A stretch of DNA of 64,000 nucleotides from Methanotrichaceae archaeon (GTDB lineage: Archaea > Halobacteriota > Methanosarcinia > Methanotrichales > Methanotrichaceae): positions 44,651 to 108,650 of the forward strand of contig JBHGAU010000002.1 of the NCBI GenBank assembly GCA_041946675.1, given 5' to 3'. This document shows, piece by piece, positions 57,133 to 64,000 of this stretch; the stretch's first letter is position 1; each line of letters starts with the position of its first letter. The translations under genes were made by a program, and so were the position numbers. A model generated the notes under the pieces. The model saw only the letters and a list, made by a program, of their open reading frames with translations. It was not told the origin of the DNA and made no database searches.

Positions 57133-57861
57133 ATGATATCTGATGAACTGAATGAGAGGAAAACCCCGCGCTTAAGCAAGGATGAGTACGAAGAAGCAAT
57201 GGAGCACATCGCGAAGGCAGCCGGAGATGAACCAAATGACCATGCTCATTGGCTCCGCAAAGGAATATCTCTGAGGAAGTCGGGCAGGTATGAAGAAGCC
57301 ATTGACGCCCTCGATAGAGCGATAGAGCTTGAGCCATCAAATGCGGATTCCTGGAGAAACCGTGGAGTAGCCCTCAATAATTTGGGAAGATATGCTGAGG
57401 CTCTGGAGTCATGCGATAAGGCCATATCGATCGATCCTTTCAACTCGAGGACCTGGATAGTCAAAGGCTTTTCACTTCATAACTTGGGCAGATATGAGAG
57501 GGCAATCGCCGCTTATGCGAGGGCGATAGAGCTGAACCCTTTTGGCTCCGATGGAAGGCGAGCCTGGAACAACAGGGGTGCTGCGCTGGATAACCTGAGA
57601 AGGCATGAGGAAGCGATAGAAAGCTATGATGAGGCGATAATGATCGACCCGTTTGATCACTATGCCTGGAACAACAAAGGCGTCGCGCTTGGTGCAATCG
57701 GCAGACATGAGGAGGCGCTGAAGTGCTTCGAGAAGGCTTTGCAGATAGAGCCGTCATATGCTACTGCCTATAAGAACAAAGGCATCTCCTTAAAGGCTCT
57801 TGGCCGCATCGAGGAGTCAGAGGAGGCGTTTCGGATGGCCAGGAATTTAGGATTGGAATAG
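57133..57861 (+). CDS. TPR-repeat protein (classic 34-aa repeats)
   Basis: Repeats of the form W..(R/K)G.AL..LGRYEEAI..YD.AI.(I/L)(D/E)P. Confidence 0.85.
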   Translation: MISDELNERKTPRLSKDEYEEAMEHIAKAAGDEPNDHAHWLRKGISLRKSGRYEEAIDALDRAIELEPSNADSWRNRGVALNNLGRYAEALESCDKAISIDPFNSRTWIVKGFSLHNLGRYERAIAAYARAIELNPFGSDGRRAWNNRGAALDNLRRHEEAIESYDEAIMIDPFDHYAWNNKGVALGAIGRHEEALKCFEKALQIEPSYATAYKNKGISLKALGRIEESEEAFRMARNLGLE

Positions 57862-57944
57862 CGCTTCGAAGAAAAATAAAATGGACCGGGCTTCTCCTAG
57901 TCGAATTGGATAATCCTCCTGATCCTCAGAGGAGTTGAGTAAAT

Positions 57945-58637
57945 TTATTTGCTTTTGCGCCATACTTCCTTCAGCATATCCACAACCTCTTCCCGTGAGA
58001 GGTCGTACCAGTTTCTATATGCATCTGCGACTGCAAAGCTATATCCGGACCTGATATTTGGGCAGAATATCATATCAACATAATCTGAAAGCAATTCGAT
58101 AGTATTAAGGGATGCCGTCGGAACCGCTACAACGATCATTGCAGGATTTCGCCTGTAAACCATCTGGGCTGCAGCCATCATCGTGTAGCCCGATGCAAGG
58201 CCGTCGTCAACCAATATTGCTATCTTGTCTTCAACATCCGACATCGGTCTGCCCTGGCGAAAGATGTTATTCCTTGCTGCCAGTTCTTCCTTTACAGGCT
58301 TTGCAAGCTCCTTGATCTCTTCATCCGATAGCTTAAGCATCTTGACCATTGAATCGTTCAGAAGCATATCGCCTTCAAGGCTTACGGCTCCAAAGCCGGC
58401 TTCAGTGTTGCCGGGTATTGGTATCTTTCTTATTATCAGAAGATCGAATGGAAGGTCCAAATAAGAGGATACAGCCAGTCCTACAGGCACGCCGCCGGAT
58501 GGTATTGCCAGGACTATTGCATCTTTGCCACGAAACTGCTCCAGCATTTTGGCAAGATGCTGACCCGCATTCTCTCTATCCTCGAATATAAAGGATCTGT
58601 TCCTGAGCTTGGGATCATCGATGACAGCAGCAGCCAT
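57945..58637 (-). CDS. phosphoribosyltransferase-family protein
   Basis: IAILVDDGLASGYTM is a PRPP-binding loop. Start taken at the internal Met (MAAAVIDD). Confidence 0.75.
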   Translation of the reverse strand: MAAAVIDDPKLRNRSFIFEDRENAGQHLAKMLEQFRGKDAIVLAIPSGGVPVGLAVSSYLDLPFDLLIIRKIPIPGNTEAGFGAVSLEGDMLLNDSMVKMLKLSDEEIKELAKPVKEELAARNNIFRQGRPMSDVEDKIAILVDDGLASGYTMMAAAQMVYRRNPAMIVVAVPTASLNTIELLSDYVDMIFCPNIRSGYSFAVADAYRNWYDLSREEVVDMLKEVWRKSK

Positions 58638-58938
58638 TTTGAACTCCCATGTATGAACCAAGATATGTCTGTCATAATATATAAGCCCCTTGAGAGTTAT
58701 ATGTTCCCGCTATATCTGATTATCAGTATAGAATCATCCGAGATGTTTATATATTATGATCACTAACTATTGGTTAGTAATATCGGATAAGCGAGTTGAG
58801 TATATCGCATACGAGATATAATATAACGTGTATTGCTAACATAATTGAGAATTATGTGCATATCGCTCAAAATAAAATATGTTAAATCAAAATTGCATAA
58901 GTTTAAGAGAATAAGCTCGCCTAATTAATTGGAGTCCT

Positions 58939-61296
58939 ATGCCAATTGGTGTTTATGTCTGTCACTGCGGCCTGAATATTGCAGGCGTCCTGAATATTGA
59001 AGAGCTGAGGAGCTTCGCCGAGAAGCTGCCGGATGTAGCCGTGGCCAGGGATATCCCGTTTTCATGTTCAGATATCGGCCAGGAGCAGATTCAGAAGGAC
59101 ATCGCAGAATATAAGCTGGACCGCGTTGTCGTGGCGGCATGCTCTCCAAGGCTGCATGAACCAACGTTCAGAAGGGCTATCGCCAAGGCTGGGCTCAACC
59201 CCTATATGCTTGAGATGGCCAACATCCGAGAGCAATGTTCGTGGGTTCATATGGATCAGCCGGCGCAGGCCACGCAGAAGGCCAAGGATTTAATTCGCAT
59301 GGCTGTGGCAAAGGCTGCGCTCCTCAAGCCTCTGGAGGCAGAAAGCATCCCAGTCAGCAGGGATGTTCTTGTGATCGGCGGAGGCGTGGCCGGAATCGCT
59401 GCTGCTTTGGACCTCGCAGATGCAGGACTCCACGTTTATCTTGTCGAGCGCAGGCCGACAATCGGCGGATACATGGCACTGCTCACCGATGTATTTCCGA
59501 CAAACGATTGTTCAATCTGCGTCCTTGCGCCGAAGATGTCCGAGGTCTTCAATCATCCCAATATTACCCTTATCACCTATGCCGAGATTCTCGACATCGA
59601 GGGCAGCGTCGGCAACTTTACAGTGATGGGCACAAGGCGGGCAAGATACGTCGACGAGAAGCTCTGCAAGGGCTGCATAAATGAGTGCGCTGGAGTCTGT
59701 CCGGTGGAAGTTCCAAACGAGTATGACTTCGGCATAGGCAAGAGAAAAGCAATTTACGTTCCCTATCCTCAGGCGGTTCCCCTTGTTGCGTGCGTCGACC
59801 CAAATGCATGCATCGGCTGTGCCCGCTGCGTCGAGGCATGTCCTGCAAAGGCAGTCAAGTTCGAGCAGGAGCCTCAAGAGTTCAAGATAAACGTTGGCGC
59901 GATAATCGTAGCCACAGGATGGCAGCCCTTCGATGCCGCTCGGAAGGAGGAGTACGGCTACGGCAGGTACAGAGATGTTATAACTACCCTTCAGCTCGAG
60001 AGGATGCTAAATGCGGCAGGTCCGACGAAGGGTGAAGTCGTCAGGCCGTCAACTGGAAAAATAGCCGAATCAATAGCATTTCTTCAGTGCGTAGGCTCAA
60101 GAGATGTGACGGTGGGGAACGTCTACTGCTCACGCATCTGCTGCATGGCATCTCTTAAGAACGCCCAGCTTGTAAAGGAGAAGTATCCTGATACCAATAT
60201 TACCATTTATTATATGGATCTCAGAGCCTGCGGTGAAGGCTATGAAGAGTTTTATATTCGAGCGCAGAAGCTGGGAATAAACTTTGTGCGTGCCAGAATC
60301 TCGAGGATTGACCAGGAAGACGGCAATATCTACGTGATCTATGAAGATACAAACACAGGCGAAATCAAACGGATAAAGTACGATATGGCAGTTCTCTCAA
60401 TCGGCCTTGAGCCTGACCAAAATGCGAACGTTCTAGGCAATCTTCTCGGCCTGTCTCGAAGGCCCGACAAATTCTTCGAAATTGCACACCCAAAGATGAG
60501 ACCTGTCGAGGCTCATATTGATGGAGTCTTCATTGCAGGCTGCGCCTCAGGCCCAAAGGAGATCCAGGCATCGATCGCCCAGGGAAGCGCCGCAGCTGCA
60601 AAAGCCATCAAGCTTCTCTCGAAGGGCGAGCTTCAGCTTGAGCCGACCTCCGCATACGTAAATCAGGATATATGCACAAAGTGCAGGCTCTGTGTCGATG
60701 TCTGTCCCAAGAGGGCAATAGCTGTGAAGAGCCCTGCATATGTCGATGAGGCATCCTGCAAGGGATGCGGCTCCTGTGCAGCAGCCTGTCCAGTGAATGC
60801 CATAGATATGAAGCTCTTTTCTGATCAGCAGATTTTAGCCCAGGTTCGTGCCGCAACTGAAGATAAAAGCGAATTTCCACTGATCGTTGCTTTCCTGTGC
60901 AACTGGTGCAGCTACGGAGCGGCCGATCTGGCGGGCACATCACGAATACAGTATCCCACGAACGCGAGGAACATCCGCGTCATGTGCGCAGGCCGCGTTG
61001 ATCCGAGCTTCATTCTTGAGGCTCTGAAGCGTGGTGCGGATGGAGTGCTTGTCGCAGGCTGCCGTCTTGGCGAATGCCATTACCAGAAGGGCAATTACCA
61101 GGCGCTTCAGAGAGTGAATGTGCTTCGGGGCGTCCTCGCAAAGATAGGCATTAATCCGGAACGTGTGAAGATAATCTGGTGCGCTGCGAGCGAAGGCGAG
61201 ATCTTCGCCCGCCAGCTCAAGCAGTTCGTCGATGAGCTGAAGGCAATGGGGCCGGTTGGAACTGAGCTGAAAGGTAAGGAGGCCCCGCAAACGTGA
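58939..61296 (+). CDS. hdrA: heterodisulfide reductase subunit A fused to an MvhD/FlpD-like C-terminal domain
   Basis: MPIGVYVCHCGLNIAG, the FAD site VIGGGVAGIAAA, and several CxxCxxCxxxCP motifs. The C-terminal LCNWCSYGAADLAG...RVMCAGRVD...VAGCRLGECHY matches the MvhD family. Confidence 0.9.
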   Translation: MPIGVYVCHCGLNIAGVLNIEELRSFAEKLPDVAVARDIPFSCSDIGQEQIQKDIAEYKLDRVVVAACSPRLHEPTFRRAIAKAGLNPYMLEMANIREQCSWVHMDQPAQATQKAKDLIRMAVAKAALLKPLEAESIPVSRDVLVIGGGVAGIAAALDLADAGLHVYLVERRPTIGGYMALLTDVFPTNDCSICVLAPKMSEVFNHPNITLITYAEILDIEGSVGNFTVMGTRRARYVDEKLCKGCINECAGVCPVEVPNEYDFGIGKRKAIYVPYPQAVPLVACVDPNACIGCARCVEACPAKAVKFEQEPQEFKINVGAIIVATGWQPFDAARKEEYGYGRYRDVITTLQLERMLNAAGPTKGEVVRPSTGKIAESIAFLQCVGSRDVTVGNVYCSRICCMASLKNAQLVKEKYPDTNITIYYMDLRACGEGYEEFYIRAQKLGINFVRARISRIDQEDGNIYVIYEDTNTGEIKRIKYDMAVLSIGLEPDQNANVLGNLLGLSRRPDKFFEIAHPKMRPVEAHIDGVFIAGCASGPKEIQASIAQGSAAAAKAIKLLSKGELQLEPTSAYVNQDICTKCRLCVDVCPKRAIAVKSPAYVDEASCKGCGSCAAACPVNAIDMKLFSDQQILAQVRAATEDKSEFPLIVAFLCNWCSYGAADLAGTSRIQYPTNARNIRVMCAGRVDPSFILEALKRGADGVLVAGCRLGECHYQKGNYQALQRVNVLRGVLAKIGINPERVKIIWCAASEGEIFARQLKQFVDELKAMGPVGTELKGKEAPQT

Positions 61297-61613
61297 TGGA
61301 AATAGAGAAGGATATGGAGATCGAGGGCTCAAGTATCCGCTGCAAGCAGAAGACAAAGGAATCTGAAAAAGAACTGGATTATGATTACAAAAGATGTGCA
61401 GGGTGTTCCATATGCATTGACCTCTGTCCCAAGAAAGCACTCTCAGAGGGGCCACTGGAGGAGATCGCCAAAGGAATGGATGCGCCTCCTGTGCTGATCG
61501 ATCTTGATTCATGCGTTTTTTGTGGGATGTGTGCGAACTTCTGCCCACTGCACGCCTTTAGGATGACCATCGAGGAGAAGCAGCCTGAAACTGCGACAAC
61601 AGGAAATGATTAA
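61293..61613 (+). CDS. 2x[4Fe-4S] ferredoxin
   Basis: CAGCSICIDLCP and CVFCGMCANFCP. The ATG at 61296 overlaps the hdrA TGA (GTGATG). Confidence 0.8.
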   Translation: MMEIEKDMEIEGSSIRCKQKTKESEKELDYDYKRCAGCSICIDLCPKKALSEGPLEEIAKGMDAPPVLIDLDSCVFCGMCANFCPLHAFRMTIEEKQPETATTGND

Positions 61614-61618
61614 CAAAG

Positions 61619-62749
61619 ATGGCAGATAAAACTAGAAGATTCAGCGAGCTTGGGCAATATCCGAAGCTGATAATAGAGGCGGTGCCTAATGAAAAATGCC
61701 TGCCATGCATATTATGTGAGCCTGTCTGCCCAGTGAAAGCGATAAAGGTCGAATTTAATAAGACCCGTGAGGACTTCGGCCCCCTTCGCGAAAGCATGGA
61801 GGGCAAGATAGAAATCGACAGGGAAAAGTGCAACCTCTGCGGCAGATGTGCAAGATTTTGCAAAGCCTTCTTGCTGATGGAAAAGAGCGAGAAGGAGAGG
61901 GAAAAGGAGCCGAGGGAGCTGAACCCTTACGATCAATTGCTCGTTGATGAAGAACAGTGCGATTATTGCGGCCTTTGCGCAACGCTTTGTCCTGAGGAGG
62001 CGATCAAGGTTGTTGGAAAGCCTCTCGATGAAGAGCTGAAGTTCGAGGGCAAGATAGAGATTGATAAAGATCTTTGCATAGGCTGCGGGCGCTGTGCTCT
62101 GGTCTGCCCATACAAGGGCATAGATGTGAAGAAGCCATTCGAGGGCGAGATAAAAATGATTGAGAAGCGCCTGGTCAAATGCGATCCTCAGGGCTGCCAG
62201 GCATGTTTCAATGTTTGTCCCGCAAAGTGCTGGTACGTGGATAGCCGCGGAAAGGCAGCGCCTGTGAAAGAGCAGTGCATCCTGTGCGGAGCCTGTGCAA
62301 ATGCCTGCCCTATCGATGCGATAGATGTGAGCAGATCTAAAGTCATCCACACAGCGATCGCAGAAACCCCCTGGGCATCTGAATGGAAGGAAGCGATCTC
62401 ATCCATAACCACAGGCGAGCGGCAGAGGCCGGATGTGAGCACAGCTGTAAGCCCTCCCGATATAGAGAGGCCGCCCTTGCCCATACCTGAAAAGCCGAGG
62501 ATAGAGCCTGAGCTTTTGAAACTTGTTAACGACGCAATATCTTCACTTGAGCTTGTATTGGAAAAGCCGAAAGTCCGACAGATCATGGAGCGTGAAATCC
62601 CGGAGGAGGCGAGTGCCAAGATAGCACAGCGGCTGAAGAAGGAAGGCCAGAAGAGAAAAGGTTCGGAGAAAAAAGCCTTGAAGGAAGAAAGCTCGAATAA
62701 GGAAAGTCTGAAAGAAGCAGAAGCTGGTGCGAAGCAAGATGGCCGATGA
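61619..62749 (+). CDS. polyferredoxin (six Cys-cluster motifs) with a about 110-aa Lys/Glu/Pro-rich C-terminal tail
   Basis: CLPCILCEPVCP, CNLCGRCARFC, CDYCGLCATLCP, CIGCGRCALVCP, CQACFNVCP and CILCGACANACP. The tail runs ...EKPRIEPELLK...KKEGQKRKGSEKKALKEESSNKE. Confidence 0.8.
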   Translation: MADKTRRFSELGQYPKLIIEAVPNEKCLPCILCEPVCPVKAIKVEFNKTREDFGPLRESMEGKIEIDREKCNLCGRCARFCKAFLLMEKSEKEREKEPRELNPYDQLLVDEEQCDYCGLCATLCPEEAIKVVGKPLDEELKFEGKIEIDKDLCIGCGRCALVCPYKGIDVKKPFEGEIKMIEKRLVKCDPQGCQACFNVCPAKCWYVDSRGKAAPVKEQCILCGACANACPIDAIDVSRSKVIHTAIAETPWASEWKEAISSITTGERQRPDVSTAVSPPDIERPPLPIPEKPRIEPELLKLVNDAISSLELVLEKPKVRQIMEREIPEEASAKIAQRLKKEGQKRKGSEKKALKEESSNKESLKEAEAGAKQDGR

Positions 62750-63260
62750 GAAGTTCAAGCGGGAGGTCATAAGGCTGGCAGGACCTGAGGTGCTGACCTG
62801 CATACAATGTGGAACATGTTCGGCAAGCTGTCCGACGGCGCATCTCATGAAGCCGAGCATCCGCAGGCTGATGAAGCTGATCCTGGAGGGTAAGGAGGAT
62901 GAGGCTCTCAGAAGCAACAGCATATGGCTATGCACATCCTGCCAGCTCTGCACAGTCCGCTGCCCAAGAGGAATCCGGCCTAAGGCAGTTGTTGGCGCTC
63001 TGAAGGAGATTGCTGAAAAAGAAGGCATCAAGGGCAAAGATCAGGCATATGATGAGGCATTCCAGCGCCAGATAAAAGAGTGCGGACGGATCTCGGAGCT
63101 TCCGCTTACAGGAGAATTCATTCTTATTGAGCCCAAAGCGGCAGTCCAGGCAATGGAGATGGGCATAGAGATGGCTCCGAGGGGCAAGATCAGCCTTGAA
63201 AGGGAGTTGGTCAAGAGGCCAGAGGAAGTAAAAAGAATCATCGAGGAGCTGGGCAAATGA
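62727..63260 (+). CDS. hdrC: heterodisulfide reductase subunit C
   Basis: CIQCGTCSASCP and CTSCQLCTVRCPRGI. The size fits. It overlaps the polyferredoxin 3' end by 23 nt. Confidence 0.85.
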   Translation: MRSKMADEKFKREVIRLAGPEVLTCIQCGTCSASCPTAHLMKPSIRRLMKLILEGKEDEALRSNSIWLCTSCQLCTVRCPRGIRPKAVVGALKEIAEKEGIKGKDQAYDEAFQRQIKECGRISELPLTGEFILIEPKAAVQAMEMGIEMAPRGKISLERELVKRPEEVKRIIEELGK

Positions 63261-64000
63261 CAGAGCCGGAGCAGATGAAGCTCGCCTACTATCCGGGCTG
63301 CGTCTCCAGGTCAACGGGAAAGGAGATGGACCTCTCGACGAGGGCTGTCTGCAGCGCATTGGGGGTAGCGCTGCAGGAGCTTGAGGACTGGAACTGCTGC
63401 GGCGCAACACATGTGCCAAATGAGCTTGTGGCAACAGGTCTTGCCGCCAGAAACCTTGCTCAGACGGATCTGCCGGTAATGACTGCTTGTGCCATCTGCT
63501 ATAGCAATCTTCGAAGCGCTGTACAAAGGATGGAAGATCCGCAGGTAAGGGCAAAGGTAAATGCAGTTCTCACAGAAAAATATACGGGCGCAAAGGTCAG
63601 GCATGCGCTGGATGTGATCCTGGAAGTCCTGCAAAAAAACAGCGACATAATAGCGGTGCCCCTGAAAGATCTGTTGGTAGCGCCATATTATGGCTGCCTG
63701 ATGACCCGGCCCAAAGGTGTCGAAAGCCCAGAGTTCCCGACTATTCTTGAGAAACTTATAAAACTCCTTGGAGCGGAACCGCTGGATTTCAGGCTTAAAA
63801 CGTTCTGCTGCGGAGGGCCGATATTCATGCCCCAGAGCGAAGCTGCTGAGGACACTGCCTATAAGATCCTGAAGGAGGCGAAGCAGGTCGGAGCCGAAGT
63901 GATCGTTACGCTCTGCCCGCTGTGCCATCTTATGCTCGACGCCAAGCAGAAGGCTCTGGAGATCAGGCATGGGGAGAAGATTGGGATTCCTGTGCTCTAT
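63257..64000 (+). CDS. hdrB: heterodisulfide reductase subunit B (3' end cut by window edge; absent from the ORF track)
   Basis: My own translation from the ATG at 63257 (ATGA overlap with the hdrC stop): MTEPEQMKLAYYPGCVSRS...WNCCGATH...PYYGCLMTRP...FCCGGP...CPLCH. These are the CCG-domain motifs. The frame is open to the window end. Confidence 0.85.
   Translation, partial: MTEPEQMKLAYYPGCVSRSTGKEMDLSTRAVCSALGVALQELEDWNCCGATHVPNELVATGLAARNLAQTDLPVMTACAICYSNLRSAVQRMEDPQVRAKVNAVLTEKYTGAKVRHALDVILEVLQKNSDIIAVPLKDLLVAPYYGCLMTRPKGVESPEFPTILEKLIKLLGAEPLDFRLKTFCCGGPIFMPQSEAAEDTAYKILKEAKQVGAEVIVTLCPLCHLMLDAKQKALEIRHGEKIGIPVLY

Noticed and set aside
60940-63970. Minus-strand ORFs 60940..61548, 61712..62350, 62188..62619, 62543..63037, 62928..63554 and 63311..63970.
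   Set aside because: All are antisense to the hdrA / ferredoxin / polyferredoxin / hdrC / hdrB genes, whose Cys motifs define the true frames.
1-64000. Search for tRNA, rRNA, transposase or integrase genes and CRISPR arrays.
   Set aside because: No T-loop/acceptor-like cloverleaf candidates were noticed in the intergenic regions. No DDE or tyrosine-recombinase-like ORFs and no spacer-repeat arrays were seen. Scanning by eye is not exhaustive.

Overview
This window is archaeal and comes from a methanogen. It best fits an acetoclastic Methanosarcinales/Methanotrichales genome (Methanothrix/Methanosaeta-like) with mid-range GC. That placement rests on gene content only: a complete ACDS/CODH operon, an HdrA::MvhD-polyferredoxin-HdrCB cluster, TFE, an Nre repair protein, archaeal PyrH and the COG1900/NIL-ferredoxin homocysteine pair. 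Coding density is high on both strands.

Main blocks:
- 1-10.8 kb: housekeeping and stress genes (ferritin, orphan CheB domain, ChaB, EEP nuclease/phosphatase, fused trehalose-6-P synthase/phosphatase, argB, pycB).
- 11-14 kb: a tightly coupled MoxR-DUF58-LarA operon.
- 14.2-20.3 kb: an island of six signal-peptide proteins I cannot assign to any family. It includes a tandem paralog pair whose upstream leaders were duplicated with the genes.
- 21.1-30.1 kb: cdhABC-(two tiny Ala/Pro-rich ORFs)-cooC-cdhDE, followed by a secreted protein with a Gly/Cys tail.
- 30.1-32.3 kb: cobamide-arm genes (cobD, a Cys-rich small protein, cbiB). The cobD 5' end appears to run antisense into the cdhA start.
- 32.5-40.2 kb: an accessory-looking stretch with a secreted SGNH hydrolase, a DUF4258/YgiT toxin-antitoxin cassette bracketed by 54-nt direct repeats, an unknown 216-aa protein and a 1287-aa all-TPR protein.
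- 40.5-58.7 kb: homocysteine biosynthesis, three radical-SAM genes, two Hsp20 genes, nre, hisI, pyrH, tfe and several small wHTH proteins.
- 58.9-64 kb: hdrA::mvhD, ferredoxin, polyferredoxin, hdrC and hdrB (3' end cut by the window).

I saw no rRNA, tRNA, CRISPR array or transposase. All family assignments are from motif recognition by eye. No database search was run.
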